From a bacterium (GTDB lineage Bacteria; Bacteroidota; Ignavibacteria; UBA10030): a DNA stretch of 64,000 bases. The position numbers were made by a program, and so were the translations under genes. The stretch is taken from NCBI GenBank assembly GCA_043803945.1, contig JAZDJN010000104.1, forward strand, positions 70,647-134,646, given 5' to 3'. The notes under the pieces were generated by a model, which was not told the origin of the DNA, did no database searches, and saw nothing but the letters and a program-made list of their open reading frames with translations. Shown piece by piece: positions 18,648-28,726 of the stretch. How positions within the stretch are numbered: position 1 is the stretch's first letter; every line of letters begins with the position of its first letter.

Positions 18648-19997
18648 ATGACAAAACGGCAATGGTTCATTCGCGGATCTGTGTTTCTCTTCTTCCTGCT
18701 GCTGGCCATCAATTTGTATGTCTTCTTTACCCGCGAATGGGAATCTTCTTTCACCCCAACATCGTATGCAACGCTCTACTACCCGCTCGATATCCCGACT
18801 ATCCGTGAATGGAAGCTTGTGGAGCGCAATCGAATTCAACTGGACCTTGCCTGCACGAATGAAATAGCCGAATGGAAAATCCTCACAGACGGCGAGAACG
18901 AACAAACCGCCACCGGAATGAAACCGTCGTTTCGCATCGACACAACATTCAGTAAGCTCCACACCTACAAGCTTATTCCAGTCGCCAATCAGGCAATTCA
19001 GCCGATCGAAATCTCCATCCGCTTCTACGGCGAAGAGTTCTATGCATCCCTCGGGATGAAGCACGCCGATGTCTATGTGGTACGCGCAAATGTACCGTGC
19101 GGTGAGTTCGAACAGTATTCTGTCGACGACTGGGTGGATGATTACCGGTATGTCGGTGAAGCGGCTCTGGCTGAAGTGAGCCGCATCTTGTATGATGAAG
19201 TGGGAATACGCGACACAGATGCGACGTTCACGCGAATGGAGAAACTCTTTCCCTACCTGCGCAAAAAACTCAAAGGCTCGGGTGGCGTACCGAAGGACGA
19301 GGAACGATGGATGGATCCCTATCAACTGTACACCGAAATGGCTGCCGGCACCGGAAAAGGATGGTGTACGCAAAACGCCCAGGTGTGGGTATTCTGGGCA
19401 AACAGGGCAGGAATCCCTACGAGATTTGTTTTTGGCGCACGAACTCAAGACGACAGGATCGTGTATACGGGGCATGCCTGGGCAGAATCATACATACGTG
19501 AACAATATCGGTGGGCATTTGTCGACCTGTCGCAAGCCGAACTCTACATCACCAACAGAACAGGGCAGGTTCTCAACACGGCAGAGCTGTTTCATTTGAA
19601 CCAGCAGAACGCGTTTGACAGTACGTTTGCCAGAATCTACTCAGACTGGATCTGGGAAAACCATTCCGGCTTTCCGGGAAAAGACACACTGGTGACGGTC
19701 CCCTTTGCACTGTGTAACCAATTAGTACGGAGCGAATTCACACCTCAGGCGATTCTTAAGTATCGACGGCCGCCGAACATTGAAGACGTTCGGGAGATCT
19801 ATACGGGATTTATAAGCGACAGAACTTTTCTTCTGGGAAACATCGAGCGGTACCTTTTCAAACCTCAGTTAGCCTATTCCCTTTATCCGACGGAAGGTGG
19901 ACACACATACTTTATCCGTCGTTTCCTGTTCTTCGCTTTGCTCACAAGTTTTGTATTCTGGATGACGCTACTTGCGGTCGGTAGGGTCTGGAACTGA
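18648..19997 (+). CDS. transglutaminase-like domain membrane protein
   Basis: GWCTQNA (Cys), GHAWAE (His), WAFVD (Asp); N- and C-terminal TM segments. Confidence 0.82.
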   Translation: MTKRQWFIRGSVFLFFLLLAINLYVFFTREWESSFTPTSYATLYYPLDIPTIREWKLVERNRIQLDLACTNEIAEWKILTDGENEQTATGMKPSFRIDTTFSKLHTYKLIPVANQAIQPIEISIRFYGEEFYASLGMKHADVYVVRANVPCGEFEQYSVDDWVDDYRYVGEAALAEVSRILYDEVGIRDTDATFTRMEKLFPYLRKKLKGSGGVPKDEERWMDPYQLYTEMAAGTGKGWCTQNAQVWVFWANRAGIPTRFVFGARTQDDRIVYTGHAWAESYIREQYRWAFVDLSQAELYITNRTGQVLNTAELFHLNQQNAFDSTFARIYSDWIWENHSGFPGKDTLVTVPFALCNQLVRSEFTPQAILKYRRPPNIEDVREIYTGFISDRTFLLGNIERYLFKPQLAYSLYPTEGGHTYFIRRFLFFALLTSFVFWMTLLAVGRVWN

Positions 19998-20072
19998 AGG
20001 TTCAGGACAAATACTAATGCTTTTACAAATAAATACTGTTGTAGTTTGAAGTTGAGTTGAGATTCTGAAATC

Positions 20073-20288
20073 TGACCCCATCCTACCTTCCCCTAAGAGT
20101 GGAAGGATTTAGGTGGGGTTGTCCAAAAAGCAAAAAAAGAACGCTGTCATTCCCGCATGCTTCTAGCGGGAATCCAGAAATTTGAAAGATTAAGGCACGG
20201 GACACCCGACCTGCCTGCCGGCAGGCAGGTAAAATCATTCGGGTGTGACAGTTTTTTTCTTTTTGATCAGCCCCTGAAGAGGGGGTCA
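20073..20288. repeat. GACCCC...GGGGTC palindromic element hosting a MITE
   Basis: TGACCCCATCCTACCTTCCCC...GGGGTCA; same style as 50855-50932. Confidence 0.6.
20115..20274. mobile_element. MITE with ~16-bp TIRs carrying a REP doublet
   Basis: GGGGTTGTCCAAAAAG ... CTTTTTGATCAGCCCC enclosing GTCATTCCCGCATGCTTCTAGCGGGAATCC and GGACACCCGA..TCGGGTGTGAC; inverted relative at 55890-56214. Confidence 0.75.
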
Positions 20289-20509
20289 ATAAATACAACA
20301 TTAATTTCTTTGAACTGCACTTGGTCCCGGTTGAACATGTGGTTGAGACCGGAACGATGGAAGAGAAACCTTGAATACTTGATAGTCCCATCAGAGTCTC
20401 TCTATCGATGAACGGTGAACGAGTATGTTCAAGACAATCATCAAAAAAAATCGGATATATTTCAAACCTCAACTGTATGCATTACAGTAAATTTTCGCAA
20501 TCCCAATGT

Positions 20510-20548
20510 GGACGAGTTGACAACTCGTCCTACAATTTAGTCAGCCCC
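20510..20548. repeat. REP-like hairpin next to an orphan MITE-type end
   Basis: GGACGAGTTGACAACTCGTCCTAC (GTAG-type on minus strand) followed by TTTAGTCAGCCCC. Confidence 0.6.
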
Positions 20549-20600
20549 ATATGGGGTGGTTGGGGGTTGATAATGAGAATTCAGGTTAATTGATGACTTT

Positions 20601-22742
20601 CTATTTTACTCCCATCTCCTTGAGCAGGAACCCGGCCTTGCCGAATTTTTCTGTGACGAAGAGAACATAGCGAATATCGACAGAGATCGTTCTCTGAAGA
20701 TCATAATCGAATTGCCAATCGCCGATCATTGCTTCATAGTTGCCGTCGAATGCCACACCAACAATTTCACCTTTTGCATTCATCACCGGACTTCCGCTGT
20801 TCCCTCCGGTTATATCGCACTGATGCGTGAACGCAACGGGCACACTCTTTAATGCGGGATCGGCATATGTTCCATAATCCTTCTTCTCATATAACTCAAC
20901 CAATCCCTGCGGTGCGTCGAAAGGCTCGACACCGGTATTCTTCTCCACTACTCCCTTCAAGGTTGTAAAAGGGGAATACCATACTGCATCGGCGGGTTTA
21001 TACCCTTTCACCTTCCCCCAGGTAAATCGCATGGTGCCATTTGCATCGGGGTAGAGATTCGATCCCTTCCATTCGTAGAGGGCATCCATATAGATTTTTC
21101 TTACAGCAGTAACCTTGATGTTAAATTGCTGGGTCGCCTGCTGGATTTCCGTGAAGACCGGATCGAGCGAAGCTGTGAGTTCGATGAATGGATCGCGAAG
21201 ATCGCGCAATTCCTTTGTCGTCTTTTTCAGCAGCCCTTTCACGTATTCCATATTCGCCAGCCTGGATGATTTGAATGCCTCGTCGACAAATTGTTCGAGC
21301 GTTCTCGACTTTTCACTGAAGATCGTTTCCAGAGGAACGATCCGTTGATCACCTTTCAGATCGTTTGCCAGCTTGAGAGCACGGAGGAATAATGCTTTTT
21401 CAACAGGTTCGAAATAATCATTCACGGTAAATTGCAGCCCATCCATGGTCTGTTGAATTGTCTGTTCATAATTTTGATCTCTCTCCTGTTCAGGCTTGTC
21501 CATCTCCTTGGCCAGTGCATACATGTTCCCTGCGATATTCAGCGGCGCGCCGGCAAGTCCCTGGAATAGCCCAATGATGTTATCCCGCTCACGGGTCTTT
21601 GCGATGATGTCGTAGATTGCCTTTTCATCAGTTATTACGCTTCCATATCGTTGTTGGCGCTGAGGATTGGCATTGACCCATGCCATCAGCTCCTTTTCAA
21701 AGTCGAGCTTCTTCTGGACAAAGTTGAGCTTCTTCATTCCGTCGACTTTCCCCTGGTAATTTTTCATCGTGTTTGCCAGACCGCGCGCGAGGTTCGCAAC
21801 CTTCAATTCGCCGTCACGGTTGTTCTTTGTAAGCTTATCAAGAATGTCGAGGATCTCTTTAAAATTGTTAATCGAAAAAGGGTAGTTGTACTGATAATTC
21901 CAGTTGGCTGAGTTCGATGTCCGATACCGCGTTGTCTGCCCCGGGAAACCAATGATAAACGTGAAGTCCCCCTCCTTCAGGTTGCCCTTTGCCGGTTTCA
22001 GCCAGACTGCAGGTTTGTAGGGAACATTATTCGGGCTGTACTCTTTTCCCTTCCCTTCGGGTGAAACATAAACACGCATGAAAGAAAAATCGCCAGTGTG
22101 ACGCGGCCACATCCAGTTATCCACTTCCCCGCCATAATTTCCGATAGATTGGGGAGGCGCATAGACAATCCGGATGTCTTTGAATACACGGTAGACATAC
22201 AGCATGTATTGTTTGCCGTTAAACATTTCAGAAATGATTGCCCGGATATCCTCCTGATCTTTTTTGACAGCCTTTGTCATTTCGGTAATTTTTGCCGTCA
22301 CTTTGGTGTTCCGTTCAACGGGATCGGTGATATCTTTGACAGCATCAAGAATTTCCCTGGTAACATCTTTCAATTGTGTAACCATGAATGCCTGGTATCC
22401 GGGAGCCCGGATCTCTTCAGCGCTGCTCTTCGCCAGGAATCCATTTTTTAGATAATCGCTCTGGATGTTCGATGTGCGTTGAATGGCACCATACGCGACA
22501 TGATGATTCGTGATCAATAATCCCTCAGGCGAAACGAACGAAGCGGTTCCGCCTCCAAGCTGAACCACTGCACTGTACAATGCAGGTTTATCAGGTCGAT
22601 AAATCTCCTTCACACCGATTTGAAGTCCTTGCTTCTTCAAATCCAGCTTCTCAATTTGATTGAGCAGCCACATTCCCTCTTGTGCGGAGGCAGTGAGAAT
22701 GAACATGAACGAAATGAATAAATAGAACATAAATTTTTTCAT
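20601..22742 (-). CDS. S46 family dipeptidyl peptidase
   Basis: EGMWL, ASFVSPEGLLITNHH, DNWMWPRHTGDFS, YPDANGTMR, DITGGNSGSPV, FDGNYE; start MKKF with signal peptide. Confidence 0.96.
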   Translation of the reverse strand: MKKFMFYLFISFMFILTASAQEGMWLLNQIEKLDLKKQGLQIGVKEIYRPDKPALYSAVVQLGGGTASFVSPEGLLITNHHVAYGAIQRTSNIQSDYLKNGFLAKSSAEEIRAPGYQAFMVTQLKDVTREILDAVKDITDPVERNTKVTAKITEMTKAVKKDQEDIRAIISEMFNGKQYMLYVYRVFKDIRIVYAPPQSIGNYGGEVDNWMWPRHTGDFSFMRVYVSPEGKGKEYSPNNVPYKPAVWLKPAKGNLKEGDFTFIIGFPGQTTRYRTSNSANWNYQYNYPFSINNFKEILDILDKLTKNNRDGELKVANLARGLANTMKNYQGKVDGMKKLNFVQKKLDFEKELMAWVNANPQRQQRYGSVITDEKAIYDIIAKTRERDNIIGLFQGLAGAPLNIAGNMYALAKEMDKPEQERDQNYEQTIQQTMDGLQFTVNDYFEPVEKALFLRALKLANDLKGDQRIVPLETIFSEKSRTLEQFVDEAFKSSRLANMEYVKGLLKKTTKELRDLRDPFIELTASLDPVFTEIQQATQQFNIKVTAVRKIYMDALYEWKGSNLYPDANGTMRFTWGKVKGYKPADAVWYSPFTTLKGVVEKNTGVEPFDAPQGLVELYEKKDYGTYADPALKSVPVAFTHQCDITGGNSGSPVMNAKGEIVGVAFDGNYEAMIGDWQFDYDLQRTISVDIRYVLFVTEKFGKAGFLLKEMGVK

Positions 22743-22965
22743 AGGATCTCCTGAAAGTGAGTGTTGGTAGATCGACTTATTGTGAGGGTATGATGAGGAT
22801 CGAACGTGCATGATTACTTGTATGGGATACGATGATACCTTCTCCAATGTTGCGTTGAATGACCTGAGCGTAACATAGAAGAATCTGGATCGGCGTGCTA
22901 TGAAAATATGACGAAACGGATAGAGCAAGCCGCATCTTGCTGTCGAACGGAGAGGAGTATAAAGA

Positions 22966-23016
22966 ATGAAGTTTGAAGCTTAAGGTTTTATAGTTTAATG
23001 TTTAAGGGTTGATGTT
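22966..23016. repeat. degenerate heptamer tandem repeat downstream of four-helix-bundle gene
   Basis: GTTTGAA GCTTAAG GTTTTAT AGTTTAA TGTTTAA GGGTTGA; inverse of the upstream tract. Confidence 0.6.
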
Positions 23017-23404
23017 ATTTAAATTTGTGACCCCTAATCGACGATTGTTTAAGATAGGAAATGAAAGTATATATCTCTCCCGAGAGTCTTTCTGTGAGGG
23101 TCAAAAGAGTGTTAAAATATGTGCTCGTAATGTATTCTAAATCAAGTGCTACATATAGCTGCGACCGTACTTCCCCGCAAGAAGCTTTTGCTTGAAAAAG
23201 GTACTGCAAGAATTCTTTATATGAACCTCTCTCAAATCCCTCGGCAATATTTGACATCACCGATACAGAAGCGCGTTAAATTTGATTGCACAAACCAAAA
23301 TCGATTCTAAATGGTGTTCTCCCTGTTACTTGATAAATTTCTCGTACAAGATGTCTTGCCTCTTGCCAGACCCTCAATTCCTCAAACCTCTGAACCGTAC
23401 TCAT
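23015..23404 (-). pseudogene. four helix bundle protein (23S rRNA-IVP / Avd-like) with premature stop
   Basis: MSTVQRFEELRVWQEAR...DFGLCNQI*RASVSVMSNIAEGFERGS...AKASCGEVRSQLYVALD; TAA at codon 43 (23276-23278). Confidence 0.9.
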
Positions 23405-23426
23405 AACCTCCTCCTATTCTTTAAAT

Positions 23427-23510
23427 AACCTTTAACCTGTAACCTGAAACCTTAAATCTGAAACCTTAAACCTGAAACTTCAGCCTGTAACTTTCAACAT
23501 TCAACATTAA
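23427..23510. repeat. heptamer tandem repeat upstream of four-helix-bundle gene
   Basis: AACCTTT AACCTGT AACCTGA AACCTTA AATCTGA AACCTTA AACCTGA AACTTCA... Confidence 0.8.
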
Positions 23511-23530
23511 TCACTCACCTCCACCTTCGC

Positions 23531-25156
<1,626 letters not shown>

Positions 25157-25225
25157 CTACCCGATCATTTAAAAATTCTAATTCGTACCTAAACTTCTAT
25201 CTAAAAAGGAAAAATAATATTGGCA

Positions 25226-25409
25226 TCCCCGTCCCGACATGTCGAGACAATCGGCCTGCTTGCGTGACGAAGCAACTTCCGCCTGCACTTCGTTTCGGCG
25301 GACAGGTCGGCAGGCAGGGGATCTGGAAAACAGAAGATATATGATGCGAGACACTCGGCAAAAGCATTCCTGCCCGCCATTTTTTGATCCACTGGGGCAG
25401 GCGGGCGGG
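25226..25409. repeat. cluster of nested GC-rich hairpins
   Basis: GTCCCGACATGTCGAGAC; CCTGCTTGC...[TCCGCC...GGCGGA]...GCAGGCAGG; CCTGCCCGCC...GGCGGGCGGG. Confidence 0.65.
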
Positions 25410-25526
25410 TGAGACAATAAGGTACTTTTAGAACAACCTCTGTCCCGCATCGTTCAAAAGGAACATGCGGGACGATGAAGTCGAAGTGCAGCTCTATAGT
25501 TTTTTACTGATGAGTCACAAAAACAA

Positions 25527-26288
25527 TTATGACAGTTGTTGCTCTCGTTGTATGATCGCCCGTACTCGTTCGACATCTTCCGGTGTATCGATGGGAATGC
25601 TTTCATATCGTGTGATGCCGACTTTAATCCGGTACCCGTGCTCCAGAATTCTCAACTGTTCGAGCCTCTCGCTCTTCTCCAACGGCGATTCCTCCAATTG
25701 AGAGTATTTCAATAGAAACTCCCGTCGAAATGTGTAGAGTCCAATGTGCTTGTAGAACGCTTGGTGCTCGAGCCATTGCTGTTGATCGGCTTCATCCCGG
25801 ACCCACGGAATGACTGAACGGGAAAAATAGAGGGCATACTGCTGCTTATCGAGAATTACCTTGACAACATTCGGATTCGTCAGATCCGCTGGATTATCAA
25901 TCTTCCGGACCACTGTACCGACATGAGCAGCAGAATCCTCCAGGAGTACGGAGATTCCAAGATCAATCATCTCCGGTTCAATGAGAGGCTCATCGCCTTG
26001 AATGTTCACATAGATGTCTCCGTGGATCATCTGTGCCACTGCAGCAACCCGATCGCTGCCGCTTTTAATATCGGGCGATGTGAGTTTTGCCTCGCCGCCA
26101 AATTTTAGCACCGCTTCTTCGATGCGCTTATCGTCCGTGGCAATGACAACACAATCAATAAGCTTCGCCTTGTGTGCCTGTTCATAGACCCGTTGAATCA
26201 TCGGCTTGCCGAGTAAATCGACAAGCGGTTTTCCAGGAAAACGCTGGGAAGCGTAACGTGCTGGAATCACTCCGACAACGTACGACAT
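25527..26288 (-). CDS. kdsB: 3-deoxy-manno-octulosonate cytidylyltransferase
   Basis: VIPARYASQRFPGKPL, NIQGDEP, ALYFSRS, LEQLRILEHG. Confidence 0.98.
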   Translation of the reverse strand: MSYVVGVIPARYASQRFPGKPLVDLLGKPMIQRVYEQAHKAKLIDCVVIATDDKRIEEAVLKFGGEAKLTSPDIKSGSDRVAAVAQMIHGDIYVNIQGDEPLIEPEMIDLGISVLLEDSAAHVGTVVRKIDNPADLTNPNVVKVILDKQQYALYFSRSVIPWVRDEADQQQWLEHQAFYKHIGLYTFRREFLLKYSQLEESPLEKSERLEQLRILEHGYRIKVGITRYESIPIDTPEDVERVRAIIQREQQLS

Positions 26289-26289
26289 A

Positions 26290-26583
26290 TCAACGATCTC
26301 CTATGACTTTAGGAACTTTAAAGAAACGATCCGTTTTTGCCGGCGCATTGCTGAGCGCTTCCTCCGTGCTCAATCCCGGCCGCACCTCGTCGACACGAAA
26401 GACATTCCCCAGCTCAATCACGTGTGAAAGCGGTTGAACATTCGTCGTATCGAGTTTGTTGAGTTGCTCCATGTAGGCAAGAATCTCGTTCATCTGATGG
26501 GTAAATTTCTGCTGCTCTTCCTCGCTGAACTCCAGCCTGGCAAGCTTTGCAATGTGCGCAACATCCTGAATGGTTACCGGCAT
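26290..26583 (-). CDS. gatC: Asp/Glu-tRNA amidotransferase subunit C
   Basis: VAHIAKLARL...EEALSNAP...FFKVPKVI. Confidence 0.96.
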   Translation of the reverse strand: MPVTIQDVAHIAKLARLEFSEEEQQKFTHQMNEILAYMEQLNKLDTTNVQPLSHVIELGNVFRVDEVRPGLSTEEALSNAPAKTDRFFKVPKVIGDR

Positions 26584-26586
26584 CTT

Positions 26587-27303
26587 CTATCCTTGTGATT
26601 GATCCACATAATTCTTCTCGATGATGCGATGGACATAGTCCATCAACTCCTTTTCCTCTTCACGCGTCTTGATGTGAGCAGTCTCAACCGGTTTATCCAG
26701 CACCAGTGTAATATCCCGTGGATAAACTTTCAGCGATCCCCTTTTCATAATCGCAAAAGTGTTATTGATTGCAACGGGGATGATCGGTACTCCCGAGCGA
26801 ACTGCAAGTGTAAAGGCACCGCGCTTGAAGGGCTGCAGCTTGCCATCACGCGTCCGGGTACCTTCAGCAAAGAGAAGAACCGAAGCCCCTGTTCTCATAC
26901 GTTCTGCCGCGAGGTCGAGGCTTTTCACTGCTTCTTTCGCATTTGCGCGGTCGACGACAATATACGGGCCGTATTTCAAGGCCCATCCCCAGATTGGTAC
27001 GTAGGTCAATTCCTTCTTCAGCATGATCCGGATTTGATCCGGGATAGCCGATTGAACTGCAGGAATGTCGAACATGCTTGCATGGTTGGAAACATAAATA
27101 TAATTCTGCCCCGGCTGAATATATTCCGCTCCCACCAATTCCACCTTCACACCGAAGAGCCACAGGCCGAATCTTCCCCAGGTCGTTCCCATCAGGTGGA
27201 ATGTCCTTCCACTTTTATCGAGCGGTATCGATATTAGTGCAACAATGGAAAACGGGATTGCAGCAACACCAATGAGAAATATTTTGAGAAGAGAGAGAAT
27301 CAT
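26587..27303 (-). CDS. plsC: 1-acyl-sn-glycerol-3-phosphate acyltransferase
   Basis: NHASMFD, FAEGTR, PFKRGAF. Confidence 0.93.
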   Translation of the reverse strand: MILSLLKIFLIGVAAIPFSIVALISIPLDKSGRTFHLMGTTWGRFGLWLFGVKVELVGAEYIQPGQNYIYVSNHASMFDIPAVQSAIPDQIRIMLKKELTYVPIWGWALKYGPYIVVDRANAKEAVKSLDLAAERMRTGASVLLFAEGTRTRDGKLQPFKRGAFTLAVRSGVPIIPVAINNTFAIMKRGSLKVYPRDITLVLDKPVETAHIKTREEEKELMDYVHRIIEKNYVDQSQG

Positions 27304-28523
27304 CTTTTCATCATCCCCCCGGATTTGTTCTGCTCGACTGCAAGAATACGCTTTTCAATTGAGGGATGGCTGTGGAATAAGAATTCAATAACCTTGTTCG
27401 GTGCCGGATCGGTGAGATTGATCGATGCAAGTTTCTTCAAGGCATTGACAAATGGCTCACCGTTTCCCATTGCCCGAACAGCATACCGATCGGCAGCCCG
27501 TTCATGTGCCCTGGAGACCATATTCGAAAAAGGTCCGGTAATGAGGGAATAAAGTCCCAGCCAGAGTGTGAGCAGCGGCAACGCTGCAATTTGATCGATA
27601 GAAGTGAAGCCAAACCAGAGAAGGCTTTCTTCATAGGCACGTGCCGCAAGATAGAGTCCGACAAAACTATTGACTGTGCCAATCATGATCATAATCCAGA
27701 TATGCTTCATTGTATAGTGCCCAAGCTCATGGGCAAAGATGGATTCAATTTCATCGTCGGTAAAATTTGCCACAAGCGTGTCGCCAAGAATGATCCGTTT
27801 CGATTTTCCGATTCCGGAAAATGCAGCATTTGCTTTCTTGGTGTTCTTGCTCATATCAAAGACAAAGACCCCCTGCACGGCAATCCCAACACGTTTGCAG
27901 AGGGCAAGAATCCGGGTGTTCAGGGCACCTTCCTCCAGTGGTTTGAATTTATAGAAGAGAGGAAAGATGAGCACCGGGGCAATCCGGGCAATAATGACGG
28001 AGAAGAGAAAGACGATCGTGCCGACTGGCAGCCACCAGGAGGAACCGAATGTCTTCAGGCAATAGTAAAACGCCAGCAAGAGCGGAGTGCCAAGAGCAAC
28101 ACCCACCAGCATTCCTTTCACCCCTTCCCATACCCATGCCAGAAAGGATTGATTGGAAAGCTGATAGCGATGTTCCAGATAGTACCCCGAATAGAATTGC
28201 ATCGGGAACGTTAATGTAGACTCAATGACACCGAGAAGAACTGAGAATCCGAGGAGAACGAGATAATCATTCTGGAATAATCCCCGCACTGCTCCTTCTG
28301 CCCACCTGGTGACTCCTGCGAGGACAAAAACGAGGCTCAGGATAAAAAACAGTATCGTTCCCGCGATACCAAGAATTATTTTTATGCGGGAATATTCTTT
28401 TGCGCGGTGCAGCTTTTCAGGAGATTCTTGAGGCGTCGGTTGATTTGGAGACTCTGATTCGGTGGAGGATGTTACAACACTTTGTAGATCGCGTCTTTCT
28501 GAGACGTTGACAGCCTGCTCCAT
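27300..28523 (-). CDS. M48 family Ste24-type metallopeptidase
   Basis: KANAAFSG, AHELGH, ERAADRY, FHSHPSI; multiple TM helices. Confidence 0.95.
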   Translation of the reverse strand: MEQAVNVSERRDLQSVVTSSTESESPNQPTPQESPEKLHRAKEYSRIKIILGIAGTILFFILSLVFVLAGVTRWAEGAVRGLFQNDYLVLLGFSVLLGVIESTLTFPMQFYSGYYLEHRYQLSNQSFLAWVWEGVKGMLVGVALGTPLLLAFYYCLKTFGSSWWLPVGTIVFLFSVIIARIAPVLIFPLFYKFKPLEEGALNTRILALCKRVGIAVQGVFVFDMSKNTKKANAAFSGIGKSKRIILGDTLVANFTDDEIESIFAHELGHYTMKHIWIMIMIGTVNSFVGLYLAARAYEESLLWFGFTSIDQIAALPLLTLWLGLYSLITGPFSNMVSRAHERAADRYAVRAMGNGEPFVNALKKLASINLTDPAPNKVIEFLFHSHPSIEKRILAVEQNKSGGMMKR

Positions 28524-28611
28524 GAATCAGTGGTAGTTAAGGGTGAATTCATCTGTGGTTTGTCCAAAATACCAAAGCGATGAGTGAAATGCAAGGTGTA
28601 GAGAAAGAATA

Positions 28612-28703
28612 GCCGCCAAAGCGCCAAGAGAGAAATTGATAAAGTGCTTCTATAAGAAACATTTTCTAAAAAATACATTTATGTCCTTGGCGTCTTGGCG
28701 GCA
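28612..28703. repeat. gene-less inverted repeat pair
   Basis: GCCGCCAAAGCGCCAAG ... CTTGGCGTCTTGGCGGC with AT-rich spacer. Confidence 0.7.
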
Positions 28704-28726
28704 GTATTTCCTGAAATGGACTATAA

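Larger units (their letters stand above)
6824..19997 (+). mobile_element. integron gene-cassette array lacking an integrase in the window (CALIN-like), partly degraded
   Basis: Co-oriented unrelated genes separated by attC-like sites, with matching R'/R'' pairs 14284/15684 and 15831/16896; no tyrosine recombinase ORF seen; boundaries approximate. Confidence 0.85.

Noticed and set aside
18537-19475. Long antisense ORFs (also 29825-30733, 34048-34947, 57328-58191, 60893-61765)
   Set aside because: Shadows of well-supported genes on the opposite strand, with no motifs
23015-23404. Diversity-generating retroelement suggested by the Avd-like gene
   Set aside because: No reverse transcriptase or TR/VR pair in the window
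23427-23510. CRISPR array
   Set aside because: 7-nt tandem units without spacers; no cas genes or repeat-spacer structure seen in the window
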